Origin: a bacterium
Lineage (GTDB): Bacteria; SM23-31
Assembly: GCA_965249485.1 (NCBI GenBank)
Contig: OZ252239.1
Coordinates: 288,001 to 352,000, forward strand
Direction of reading: 5' to 3'
DNA: 64,000 nt
This document shows, one piece after another, positions 1-9,810 of this stretch. The first letter of the stretch is position 1. Every line of letters begins with the position of its first letter. A model generated the notes under the pieces. That model ran no database searches, was not told where the DNA came from, and saw only the letters and a list, made by a program, of their open reading frames with translations. The translations under genes were made by a program, and so were the position numbers.

Positions 1-1
1 T

Positions 2-229
2 GTCATCATGGGTGAAGTTGAAGAATCATCGCTTGTTAAATATATCCACGGAAATTTTGGACAGGGGACCTTTACGTTTTACGGCGGGCACGATCCAGAG
101 GATTATACCCATTATATCGGCGACCCGCCTACGCAGTTGTCGCTTCACAAAAATTCACCGGGATACCGGCTGATCCTTAACAACATTCTCTTTCCGGCTG
201 CGAAGAAAAAAGAACGTAAAACCGATTAA
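2..229 (+). CDS. 3' end of a conserved protein (family often labelled 'asparagine synthetase B' in Bacteroidota/FCB; function uncertain), 5'-truncated by the window
   Basis: Frame open from base 2; C-terminal motif GGHDPEDY...NSPGYRLILNNILFPAAKKK recalled as typical of that family. Confidence 0.6.
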   Translation, partial: VIMGEVEESSLVKYIHGNFGQGTFTFYGGHDPEDYTHYIGDPPTQLSLHKNSPGYRLILNNILFPAAKKKERKTD

Positions 230-406
230 TTTTCAATATCGCACTATTTTTATTTCTTTTAAGATTCTGTAAATATGCTCGCAATTTTTTCACTTCTTTA
301 GTATTAACATACACATTAAAATCGGTTCATAATTCTCCCCAAATTTCCTAGAATTTTCTGCAACTGTAATCTACATCACTTTGTAAAATATTTTCTTCCT
401 CCACAT

Positions 407-434
407 TTGAGTCACAATCGAGAAATGCCGATAT
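407..434 (+). promoter_or_regulatory. Candidate sigma-28 (FliA/SigD) promoter
   Basis: Perfect -10 GCCGATAT at 427-434; weak -35 (TTGA) 16 nt upstream; AGGAGG RBS downstream. Confidence 0.4.
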
Positions 435-458
435 CTATATCAGATAGGAGGAATGGTT

Positions 459-701
459 ATGGCAGCGGAATTTTTATCCGAAGAAGAAATTAATAAGATG
501 TTTGAGACGGTGGATACTGATGAAGGAAAGTCCGGCGACGTTTCCGATCTTGGTGAGGACTATGAACAGACAGTATCGTACGGTAAAGTGTTCAAGTGGC
601 AAGACCGGAAACAGGTTAGTTTTGCGAAAGAGTATAAATCTCCGGTAATTAAAGAAAAAAATGTGCTTTACAATCCTGCAACCGCATCAAATAAATGGTG
701 A
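459..701 (+). CDS. Small acidic protein whose N-terminus resembles the FliM N-terminal peptide
   Basis: AGGAGG RBS; MAAEFLSEEEINKMF resembles LSQxEIDALL; a frameshift near 690 could extend it to TAG at 753. Confidence 0.55.
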   Translation: MAAEFLSEEEINKMFETVDTDEGKSGDVSDLGEDYEQTVSYGKVFKWQDRKQVSFAKEYKSPVIKEKNVLYNPATASNKW

Positions 702-767
702 TGATCAGATTGTCGTTAAACCGATCAATCAGTATCGAATGCAGACAGGATAGTATTTCATACAAGC

Positions 768-3491
768 TTATCGCAGACTGCCGAGTGCACTTCCGCCATA
801 GTCTTTTGTCTCGATTTTCAGGTCGCGCAGTTTTGCTTCCTTGATTCTGATTTCGAGCCAGAATCCTGAACGAAACGATCCCGGTGGTGTCCAGCTAAAA
901 TTAAACTCCCAGCAGTGTAAGTCACGGCGGACTGAAATATCCTGATACGATATTTTCTTCTTGAGAATATCAAATTGTCCCTTATAACCAACCCGCCAAT
1001 TTTCGGTAGCCTTTACTTCAAGTTTTGCTCGTGATGAAAGCGATTTAGTTACTCGTGTGGGATTATTCCGGTTAATCGCCATGGTCAACCCTCCGCTAAG
1101 TTTCCACGGGACGGCTTGATCCGTCAAATCACGCGTGGTCTCAAAACGATCCTGCTTGTCAATCTGCGCAGCCTGCGTGATATCATTCTCTTCTGTGAAG
1201 GCATCAGATGATACTGTCTCGTCCTCCCCGGAATCACTGTCACCTTCACCTCCACTGAATGCAAATGACGTGGAAGTCGAAATTCGGGTCAACCGTAAAA
1301 AACCCAGCTTTCCGATCCCAGCATTCGAATTGAACAGCAACTGAATTGTTTCTCTGCCTGTGGAATCAACATCATAAAAACTGTGTGTCGTACTAAAGTT
1401 TAAATTCCCTAACGACGGCAGCCGGACGGATGAGGTCAGGTTTGACAGACGTTTTGTGCTGTCCGGAGCAGCTAAATTGTATGATGTACTTGAGCTTATT
1501 TTCAAGAAATCAAATTTCGATTCGACGCTGTCTTTGACTGTTCGTGCCTGAATCAGGTTCTGGAGACTGATTCCCATTGACATAGATCTGTTGTTACTCG
1601 TACCGCCAAAGAGTGATCCGGCAAACCTGTCGTACTCAATTTCTTCTCCGAGAGAATCGGTATAGGTATCATAATAGCCAAATACCTCATTTGAAAAATC
1701 GGGCCTATATGTCAGGCTTACAGACGGAGTCATGACATGCCTGATAGTCTTGAGCCTTCCGACATTCATGTTGAACATTCCGAAAAGCTTTGTATTTGCT
1801 GACGCCGATAGGCTGCCGGTTCTCCGTGCAAAAAATCCGTTTTCTATTTCGGAAACAACTTTATTATCTTCACCCAACCGTTTGACAACAGCTTCGTTCA
1901 ACCAATCTTCCCGGTAACTTGCCGACAAACCGACCGTAAAATGCCGTAAAACTCGTGTCGGCATGTTGATACTGAGATTATGTCGAACACCTGAACGTCT
2001 TTCTCTCTCGAATGTGTTTCGCTGAATCTCTGTAGTATCGGGCGGAAGTTCTTCATCGTCCGGTATCGTGATAAGTGTATCAGCAAAGGAGCCTTCAGGA
2101 AATTTTGACAGTCTGTTTTCCAGCTTTGCATCATATCTGAAATTCAGATCGGTATAAAACCGTTTCTTCTGTGCACCCGTTCCAAAATTGTCCTCATCAT
2201 TTCGGAACAGGTAGGTCGGCGTGCTCCTGTTAAAACTGATTGATGGCAGTGTTTCGTTGATTGCCCCCGACTCCAGGTTCTGAGTCCGTGATAACGATAT
2301 ATTCATACTGTTTTTAGACTCTTCCCACCGTTTTGACAGCCTCGCAGTCGATTGAATCCTACTCTGTGTCCGGATATCTCTGTCAAAAGAGAATTGTTTA
2401 TTAAAACTTTCACTGTTCATAAACTGGCCCGACACGCTGAGATTCATTGTCGGGCTGATTATTTGCCGGTGACTGATATTGATATTCCAGCTCCGCTCTT
2501 CGGTTTTTGATGTAGGCCTTCCTAAAAAATCAAGAGATTGGGAAGTCCCTCGTGAAACAGATCCCGAAACATTACCCGACATCTTATAGCGGACAGCGTA
2601 CCGCACATCACCTCTGAGAAATAGACCCCGTTTTTCAAAAAAATCTAACAGCAGTTTTCCGTCGATATAGTCGTTCGGTGCATAGTAGTATCCCATTCCC
2701 CTCAAGTGACGGCCTTCCCTCCGGCTTTCCCCATATGTGGGCATGATAAATCCTGAACTCCGCCCACCAGTGATAGGAAAAACACCGAACGGCAAAAGAA
2801 ATAACGGGACATCCTGAATGTAGAAAATGACCGGGCGCGCAACGACTTTGTCCTTAATTTTGAGCTTCATTCTGGAACTTTTGAAATGAAAATGGGGGCC
2901 TTCTTTGTCACATGAAGTGTAATACCCGTCGCTTATCTGGAGATATTCAGGATTAAGTCTGACAATATTTTCACCGTAATAAAAGCCGCCTTCAAATGTT
3001 GTCCGGCCTTCATGAACACGTGCTCTCTGTGTGGTAAGATCGTAAACCATTCTTAGTCCTGTAATCGGTTGCTGTCCGGCCTGGTCCAGGACAGGCCTCC
3101 CGATAACTCTCGTGCCGCCGGGGAAACTGTCCGGATTAGCTGCAACTGTTTTTCCTTCCGCTACCAGGGAATCACCATCGAGGTAAAGGGTTATTTTTGA
3201 TGCCTCAAGTGTCATACTCTGATAATCGATTCTTGCCGGTTTATTGTCAGTGCCGTAAAACACCACTGTTCTTCCATTCATTCTCGAGCTGTCTGCATCA
3301 TAGGAAATTGGTGAGGAACCTTCACCATTGTCAAGTGAATCGGCATCGACAAGAGCATTGAGGGAGTAGTTAGAAAGCGTATCGATACCGGTATGTATCT
3401 CCTGCTCCTGAGCGGAGCACGAATCAAAAAAACCGATTCCGATGATCAGGATAAGAGGGACTAAAAGAGTTTTCAGAAAGAGGTCTCGCAC
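768..3491 (-). CDS. lptD: LPS-assembly protein LptD (OstA-like N-domain plus outer-membrane beta-barrel)
   Basis: 907 aa, signal peptide, YTSCD..PHFHF, PFGVFP..RSSGFIMPTYGE, C-terminal RDLHCWEF. Confidence 0.85.
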   Translation of the reverse strand: MRDLFLKTLLVPLILIIGIGFFDSCSAQEQEIHTGIDTLSNYSLNALVDADSLDNGEGSSPISYDADSSRMNGRTVVFYGTDNKPARIDYQSMTLEASKITLYLDGDSLVAEGKTVAANPDSFPGGTRVIGRPVLDQAGQQPITGLRMVYDLTTQRARVHEGRTTFEGGFYYGENIVRLNPEYLQISDGYYTSCDKEGPHFHFKSSRMKLKIKDKVVARPVIFYIQDVPLFLLPFGVFPITGGRSSGFIMPTYGESRREGRHLRGMGYYYAPNDYIDGKLLLDFFEKRGLFLRGDVRYAVRYKMSGNVSGSVSRGTSQSLDFLGRPTSKTEERSWNINISHRQIISPTMNLSVSGQFMNSESFNKQFSFDRDIRTQSRIQSTARLSKRWEESKNSMNISLSRTQNLESGAINETLPSISFNRSTPTYLFRNDEDNFGTGAQKKRFYTDLNFRYDAKLENRLSKFPEGSFADTLITIPDDEELPPDTTEIQRNTFERERRSGVRHNLSINMPTRVLRHFTVGLSASYREDWLNEAVVKRLGEDNKVVSEIENGFFARRTGSLSASANTKLFGMFNMNVGRLKTIRHVMTPSVSLTYRPDFSNEVFGYYDTYTDSLGEEIEYDRFAGSLFGGTSNNRSMSMGISLQNLIQARTVKDSVESKFDFLKISSSTSYNLAAPDSTKRLSNLTSSVRLPSLGNLNFSTTHSFYDVDSTGRETIQLLFNSNAGIGKLGFLRLTRISTSTSFAFSGGEGDSDSGEDETVSSDAFTEENDITQAAQIDKQDRFETTRDLTDQAVPWKLSGGLTMAINRNNPTRVTKSLSSRAKLEVKATENWRVGYKGQFDILKKKISYQDISVRRDLHCWEFNFSWTPPGSFRSGFWLEIRIKEAKLRDLKIETKDYGGSALGSLR

Positions 3492-3743
3492 AATTTTTGT
3501 TTCAAAGAAGTTTATATTATTTGATTCATAAAAATTGCTCGATATTGTTTTCCTACGTTTCGGCTAAGAAGTTTTCTGCTTAATCTAGGCTTTCACCGTG
3601 GCTCCAAACGATATGACATTTCATATTATTGAGAGCCTCGACAAAATATCCTTTTGAACTTAAAGAGATTATAAATTTACAATGCATTACATCAATTTTG
3701 CAAACAATTTAAGCGTTTAAAATACATCTTTTATACGAAAATT

Positions 3744-3790
3744 ATCAAAAAAAGATTAGTTTTTACGAGAAAAACTAATCTTTTTTTGAT
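3744..3790. terminator. Perfect 21-bp AT-rich inverted repeat, likely terminator of the TIGR02757 gene
   Basis: ATCAAAAAAAGATTAGTTTTT-acgag-AAAAACTAATCTTTTTTTGAT, about 25 nt past the stop at 3815. Confidence 0.6.
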
Positions 3791-3814
3791 ATGCCGAAGA
3801 GATGATGAAATTAT

Positions 3815-4693
3815 TCAAACTGCTTGAGGAACAAGCCGGCATAGTTTCAGCAGTTGACACTGCTCACAAAGTACTTTTTTGTAGGAGTGTTCACATAAAT
3901 CGAGTATTCCAAGACGGCTTAGTGCAAAATCATATTTTACGGGATCATCGGACGCTATTTTTTTAACATTTTCCGTGACTTCCAGTGCCATCTTCCACGA
4001 TGCCGATTTCCGTTCGGTCAATCCGATATAGTACGATATTCGCGCTGTATGAGCATCCATTGGAAAAATTAACTGCGAAGCATCGACACCTTTCCATAAA
4101 CCAAAGTCAACACCGTCGTCCGGTCTGATCATCCACCTGAGAAACATATTCAACCGTTTGCAGGCGCTGCCCTTAGCCGGGGAGGTAATGAGATATCTGA
4201 CACCGGCATCTGGTGGCAGTACTCCTTGATAAAAAGGAGAACAGTCGAGCATAAACAGATTTCTTGCAAATTGTGATAATCCTTCTTCAATTGTTGGATC
4301 TTCCGAATTAAATCCTTTCAGAAAAAAATCTTCTAGTGAGGGATAGCAGGTGTAAATCTGATGCAGATAATAGAGGAGAAGAGCTATGTCTTTTCCGGTA
4401 TTAAACCGGTGGACAAATGATTGATACTCTTTGGCAGCCTGATAAGGATCCAGTTTTTTTATGGTGTCGATCGGTGATAAGCCGAGTGGTTCTAGTGCTG
4501 TTTGAATGGACACACGGATTTGTTTAACGTTACCATAGGCGAGAACAGCAGAAATCAGACCGACAATTTCACGGTTTTGCTTACCGCTGTATTGATGTGA
4601 AAAATAGAGAGGATCGGTATTGAGATAACGGTTATCAAATGTTTTATAAACCTGTTCAAGCTTCGCTTTCAGGAAAGTATAGTCAGTATTCAT
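3815..4693 (-). CDS. TIGR02757/DUF2400 family protein (HhH-GPD-like, C-terminal 4-Cys cluster)
   Basis: SACKRLNMFLRWMIR, D(A)HT, DPVKYDFAL motifs; C-terminal Cys cluster. Confidence 0.85.
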   Translation of the reverse strand: MNTDYTFLKAKLEQVYKTFDNRYLNTDPLYFSHQYSGKQNREIVGLISAVLAYGNVKQIRVSIQTALEPLGLSPIDTIKKLDPYQAAKEYQSFVHRFNTGKDIALLLYYLHQIYTCYPSLEDFFLKGFNSEDPTIEEGLSQFARNLFMLDCSPFYQGVLPPDAGVRYLITSPAKGSACKRLNMFLRWMIRPDDGVDFGLWKGVDASQLIFPMDAHTARISYYIGLTERKSASWKMALEVTENVKKIASDDPVKYDFALSRLGILDLCEHSYKKVLCEQCQLLKLCRLVPQAV

Positions 4694-4873
4694 TAGTTTG
4701 TCAGGAAAACAACCGTGACGTATCGTTTATTGAAACATATCAAATTGCCGGAGTTCCTTTGTAGAAATAAGCATATGGGCCTGTCCTAGTACCGATATGT
4801 CTGTCAACATACCGTTTCCATTGAATTTTTATTCCAATTCATTCTGTCTCGCACTTACATTTTGGTAGCGACT

Positions 4874-5599
4874 TCAGCGCTTTGTGGAGTCCAATAATAC
4901 CGAGCTTTGCATTTCCTTGAATGAATTTTCTCCGGATATTGAGGTTAATAACTTTTTTACCGCAGCCGGTTTCGATATTAACGATTTTTCCCTATCGATC
5001 TCTTCGAGAGCCTCATGCTCCAACTGTGTCTGTTTTTTTGCAGATTTCTGTGGTTCTATTAGCGGAAAACCGAGCGGCAAAATCGCCTGCGCATCGTAAT
5101 GCTTCGGTACATCAAGAATATCATTCATGAATTCTTTACTCCCGGGAGTGTAAGTAACCGTACCCAATCCCTGATCGACAGCAGCAAGCATCATGAATCC
5201 TACACAGATCCATTCCGACTCAAGCCGGTAAGGATCACGTGTATTGCCAAAAATAGCAAGGAGGACAGGGGCGTCTGTCAAAAATCTTTTTTCCACTGTT
5301 ATATGTTTTGCTTTCAACCAATTTTGCAACCGTTTACTCGCATGGTCGTGTCATTCTTTATCAGCAATCTCACATTTTTCCCGAATTTGATGTTTCGTAT
5401 TGCCATCGGACACAGCTTTGCACAACCATGGATGACGGTGTGCAGCTGACGGAGCATGTTGTCCGGCAGATATTACTGCGTCAATTTTCTCCTGCGGTAC
5501 CGGTACAGGTTTATACGCCATAATGCTCCTCCGCTTTTGAAGAAGCGAAAAGAAATCTAAGCCCGATGCATGAGCAGTTTTAGGAAAATGCCATGTCAT
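4874..5599 (-). pseudogene. Nitroreductase-family flavoprotein (iodotyrosine-deiodinase/archaeal-like) interrupted by an in-frame TGA at 5351-5353
   Basis: ORFs 5351..5599 (RRSI, APSAAHRHPW) and 4874..5329 (FLTDAPVL, GLGTVTYTP) are in the same frame: ...EIADKE*HDHASKRLQNWL... Confidence 0.75.
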
Positions 5600-5655
5600 A
5601 TATAATATCCTGATTAGGTTGCGATTTTACATTTATTTAATACAATGCAATACCA

Positions 5656-6660
5656 TCAATGTTTTGCAGGAGCATGCACCTCTTCCAAGAGAGACCGTAA
5701 GTTCTCAAGTGCGTTCTCAAAAAGTTTCTCTTTTGATATCTGTTTTTCAATTTCCTGAACTGCAAGTTGCATGATTTTTGAAACTGCAGAATCGAAATGT
5801 GTAAGTTTTACGACCGGTATTCCGTAATGTGCCGACTCTGTCACAAGATGTTTCTGAAGGTTCCACAGTGCTTCGACCGGTGCATCCGTCTTTTCATCCG
5901 TAGATAGTGGTTTCAGACGTTTGCAAAATTCGGATTCATTCAGTATAGCAGCCGTTACGCATATATAAACGATTTCATTATTGAGTCTCGCAAGATCGAT
6001 ACAATGTGGAGTGAAGAATGTGCCATATAACAATGTATGACCTCTATTTCGGACTGTATCGGAGATCGTTTCATTCAGCAATCTATGAATATTTTTGGTT
6101 GAGTCCCGGAATATCTGCTTAATTTTTTCATCTGATAGAACTCCAGTTGATTTTTTCTTACGCGCTTTTTGAAGTATTTTCACAATATCAGTCTGAAACG
6201 TCTTATCTATTGTCTCCCGAATACCAAATTTTATTAGTACATCCGAAGAAATGACGGCCTGAATACCGAATCTGAAGGCAGCTGATTGTGCAAGACTCTC
6301 CATACCTAGTCCAGGGAGGCCGTTCACTATAATAATAAACGGAGTGTGAGATTTTATGAATTTTTGCCAAACAGTAAGGCGCTCTACCTCTTCAGTACCT
6401 GCAATTTCCGAGAGGTTACTCTTTACTAACTGAGCAATAGTATCAGAAGAAAATTTTTGTCCTCTCTCCTCTTGTAAACGGTTTTCAACTTGCATAACAA
6501 TCTTAGCTGCTTGAACAAAATCGACGCTTGAAGGAAGAATTGACCGGAAAAGTACTTCTCTTGAAAAAGGAACTGAGCCTCGATGTGATCGAATCTGTAA
6601 GGCAGCAGGCAGATTATTCCAGATTGGAAGTGTTTGATTCTGATTCATCCTACTATCCAT
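5656..6660 (-). CDS. 2-phosphoglycerate-kinase-like protein (ATP-cone plus P-loop), divergent Walker A
   Basis: VPFSREVLFRSI ATP-cone start; IIVNGLPGLGMESLA...FGIQAVISSD aligns to the 2PGK P-loop region. Confidence 0.65.
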   Translation of the reverse strand: MDSRMNQNQTLPIWNNLPAALQIRSHRGSVPFSREVLFRSILPSSVDFVQAAKIVMQVENRLQEERGQKFSSDTIAQLVKSNLSEIAGTEEVERLTVWQKFIKSHTPFIIIVNGLPGLGMESLAQSAAFRFGIQAVISSDVLIKFGIRETIDKTFQTDIVKILQKARKKKSTGVLSDEKIKQIFRDSTKNIHRLLNETISDTVRNRGHTLLYGTFFTPHCIDLARLNNEIVYICVTAAILNESEFCKRLKPLSTDEKTDAPVEALWNLQKHLVTESAHYGIPVVKLTHFDSAVSKIMQLAVQEIEKQISKEKLFENALENLRSLLEEVHAPAKH

Positions 6661-6723
6661 AATTCGGACGGCTGTTTTTATCGGGCAATAAAGTATATAT
6701 TAAAATAGAAAATTGAAAGTTTT

Positions 6724-7653
6724 TTATACATCTGCTTTACTATTTTCTCCCATCTCCGACAACAAATAACCAAATCTGACACCTTTTGTACTGACTTGAA
6801 CAGATGATACTGCAAGGAGCCGCATGATTTCGAGTAGAAGTACGGTTCCCCCTACCATAATATCAGCTCTACCGGCTTCCATACCGGGTAAACCGGCCCG
6901 TTCGTGTGTAGTCATTGAGGTCAGCCGGTTCAAGATCTCCTCCACCGTGTCGGCCGTGAGAATGGTTTCGTCAATTGTCTCAGGATTAAACTTCTCCATT
7001 TTATGATACACTGCTGCAAGTGTCGTTACCGTACCTCCGATTCCAATCAGAGATAATGATGGTTCGGGAGTGAGATATTGCCGCATGCTCTCGTGAATTG
7101 CGATACGCATTGCTGTACACTCGTCAAGTAGGGGTGGATCGTTAGTAATGTACTGCTTAGTCAAGATCACCGCTCCCTGTGGGATACTCACCGAATCAAC
7201 ACGCAAACGAGCGAGGCTGCGAATAATGTCCGTACTCCCTCCACCCACATCAATCACTATGTAGGATCCGACATCGGGTGAATTTTCCGGAACAGCTGAA
7301 GTAAACGTAAGGTGTGCCTCCTCTTCTCCGGATAAAATTGATACAGAAAAACCTGACTTTTTCTGAATGTGGTCAAGAACATCAATACTGTTTTTTGCAC
7401 GTCTGAAAACTTCCGTACCTATACAGCCGATATTCTCTACTTGCATATCTCTGCACAGTGCGGAATAATCCTGCAAAACCGCAACTGTTCTTTCAAGAGC
7501 AGAAGAATTGATAACCGATGATGTTGTAATACCTTCTCCGAGACGGGGAATACGGGCACATTCCCGGACAACACAGTAAGAACCATCTTCCCCGATGTCC
7601 GCGATAAGCATGAGTACGGAGTTTGTACCGATATCGATGACAGCTTTTCGCAT
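6724..7653 (-). CDS. ppx: Ppx/GppA family phosphatase
   Basis: AVIDIGTNS, LSGEEEA, IDVGGGST, GRAD motifs. Confidence 0.9.
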   Translation of the reverse strand: MRKAVIDIGTNSVLMLIADIGEDGSYCVVRECARIPRLGEGITTSSVINSSALERTVAVLQDYSALCRDMQVENIGCIGTEVFRRAKNSIDVLDHIQKKSGFSVSILSGEEEAHLTFTSAVPENSPDVGSYIVIDVGGGSTDIIRSLARLRVDSVSIPQGAVILTKQYITNDPPLLDECTAMRIAIHESMRQYLTPEPSLSLIGIGGTVTTLAAVYHKMEKFNPETIDETILTADTVEEILNRLTSMTTHERAGLPGMEAGRADIMVGGTVLLLEIMRLLAVSSVQVSTKGVRFGYLLSEMGENSKADV

Positions 7654-7657
7654 GTAA

Positions 7658-9043
7658 TTACATTAACATTGTTGCTATGAGCAAATAGGAACCCACACCG
7701 AGAATGTCGATAGCTGTAGTGACGAATGGCCCTGAAGCAAGTGCTGGATCAACCTGAAGTTTTGCAAATACTATTGGAATTAACGTACCAACCGATGTGG
7801 CAATAACCATTGAGGTAAAGATGCCCAGACCCACAATTGTGCCGAGCGAGGTGATGCTGATATTGGGTGTGGAGGAATAAAGACCGAAGGAGGTCAGAAG
7901 GAGCGTTGTCACACTTAAAAGTATTCCGTAACAGAGACCGAGTGAAAGACCGACTATCATCTCTTTGAAAAGAACATGCCAGATATGTTTCACATTGATC
8001 CGGCCGGTTGCCAACCCCCGGACCATGAGTGTTGTCGATTGCATACCGACATTACCTCCCATACCGATAATTACAGGCAAAAACGCTGAAAGGAGGATAA
8101 TTTGCTGGAGTATCGATTCAAAACTGTCTATGACGACGGCGGCAATAAGGCCGCCGGCAAGACTGGCAAGAAGCCAGGGTGACCTGACTTTTACGCTCGA
8201 AAAAACAGATTTTTCAATTATCTCTTCTTCACTAGTTCCGGCCATCTTTAGAATATCTTCTGTTGCCTCATCCCGGAGCACATCGATCGTGTCGTCGACC
8301 GTTACGGCGCCGACCAGTTTATTTTCTTCATCAACAACCGGAATAGCGAGTATGTTGTACCGAGCAACGAGACGGGCGACCTCTTCTTGGTCTACACTTG
8401 TATCGACACTGATTATATCTTTCTGCATCAGGCCTTTGAGCTTAGTGTTGCCTGGCTTTACGATGAGTTGCCGAAGGGAAATGACTCCCACAAGATGATT
8501 TCTGTCGTCGACAACATAGAGATAGAAAAATGTTTCCACTTCACTCGATTTCTGGAGTACTTCGATTGCTTCTTTCGCGGTCAGTTCTTCATTAAGGGAT
8601 AGAAAATCGGTCGTCATGATACCGCCGGCGGTATTTTTATCGTAACCGATAAGCTGCTCAATCTCTTCCGATTCGGCTTTCTGCATGAGATTCATCACCG
8701 CATCGGACACCTCGTCAGACAAGTTATCGATAATATCAACTCGGTCGTCCGGGAGCATTTTTCTGAGGATATTGGTTATTTTGTCCGGTTCAATTGATTC
8801 AAGAAGTTGTGCTGCGTGAACAATTTCCATTTCAGCCAAAACTTCGGCCGCCATTTCTACATTGTCCTGAAGAATGCCAAACAATACAGTCTGTTCATGA
8901 TTGGTGAGAAACCGATAGATGTGTGCAATATCGGCCGGGTGTGTTTTGTGAAGAATTTTTTTCAGGTGTGCAAACGCATCTCTCCTGATTAGTCTCCGAA
9001 TAGTATCGGTAATTTGCTGAACCTGAATTTTCATAGAAACCAC
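7658..9043 (-). CDS. mgtE: Magnesium transporter MgtE
   Basis: HPADIA N-domain, CBS pair, GGNVGMQ, DPALASGPFVTT. Confidence 0.95.
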   Translation of the reverse strand: MVSMKIQVQQITDTIRRLIRRDAFAHLKKILHKTHPADIAHIYRFLTNHEQTVLFGILQDNVEMAAEVLAEMEIVHAAQLLESIEPDKITNILRKMLPDDRVDIIDNLSDEVSDAVMNLMQKAESEEIEQLIGYDKNTAGGIMTTDFLSLNEELTAKEAIEVLQKSSEVETFFYLYVVDDRNHLVGVISLRQLIVKPGNTKLKGLMQKDIISVDTSVDQEEVARLVARYNILAIPVVDEENKLVGAVTVDDTIDVLRDEATEDILKMAGTSEEEIIEKSVFSSVKVRSPWLLASLAGGLIAAVVIDSFESILQQIILLSAFLPVIIGMGGNVGMQSTTLMVRGLATGRINVKHIWHVLFKEMIVGLSLGLCYGILLSVTTLLLTSFGLYSSTPNISITSLGTIVGLGIFTSMVIATSVGTLIPIVFAKLQVDPALASGPFVTTAIDILGVGSYLLIATMLM

Positions 9044-9115
9044 TAGGTGATAGTCTTCAAACGTGATAGGGCAAGGCTTAACAACACTATTGGATTTTCT
9101 CTATATACTATAGAA

Positions 9116-9796
9116 TCAACGATTGTTATTATTTTTCTCACGGTACCCGATCCGATGAAATGGATTTACAATACTTGAGGCAATATTCCGCAAATGAGCG
9201 CAGACCCTTTTCAAATGTCGAATATAAAGCGCAAGACATACGGCATCTGATGAATTTTGCGGAATGCTTTCGCCCTTGATCAACAGACGTACCCAATCAT
9301 CGCACTTTTTTGTTATTTCTGAGGATTCATTCATGATTTCTCTCGCAGTCTGAACATCGGTTTTTTTAAATGCGGCGATCAATTTATCGAAAATAGTAAT
9401 GAGCGTTTCTTCGATCTGAGCAAGTTCACTTTCAAAATCCCCTCCATCGAGCCGTTGAGGATGATTCAATGCGAGTTCTACAATGTTTTTTGTATAATCA
9501 CCAATTCTTTCAATATCAATTATAATACTTGTGAGCACCAGTCCCGAGCTTATATTCATTTGTCCGACAATGCTGAGATGCGTAAGAACTTTTTTCCTTA
9601 CTTCTCTTTCATATTCATTTATCATCAGATCCTTTTTCCTGAAGTCGATTTTCAGTTCTGAAGTATCCCGCTTTCTTAATGAACTCACTGATTCAACAAA
9701 CATCTCACGGTCAACATCCAGCATAATATATGATTCTTTGAGAGCCTGATTCAATAGAACATCTTTTTTAAAATAATCAAGTATTTTTTTGAACAT
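9116..9796 (-). CDS. phoU: PhoU domain protein
   Basis: DIERIGDYTKNI and RHLKRVCAHLRNIA helical repeats. Confidence 0.85.
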   Translation of the reverse strand: MFKKILDYFKKDVLLNQALKESYIMLDVDREMFVESVSSLRKRDTSELKIDFRKKDLMINEYEREVRKKVLTHLSIVGQMNISSGLVLTSIIIDIERIGDYTKNIVELALNHPQRLDGGDFESELAQIEETLITIFDKLIAAFKKTDVQTAREIMNESSEITKKCDDWVRLLIKGESIPQNSSDAVCLALYIRHLKRVCAHLRNIASSIVNPFHRIGYREKNNNNR

Positions 9797-9810
9797 ACCT
9801 TTTCACTCCA

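Noticed and set aside
7965..8498. Long antisense ORFs (also 23464..24015, 51952..52476, 55923..56390, 63157..63615 and others)
   Set aside because: Shadows of well-supported genes on the opposite strand
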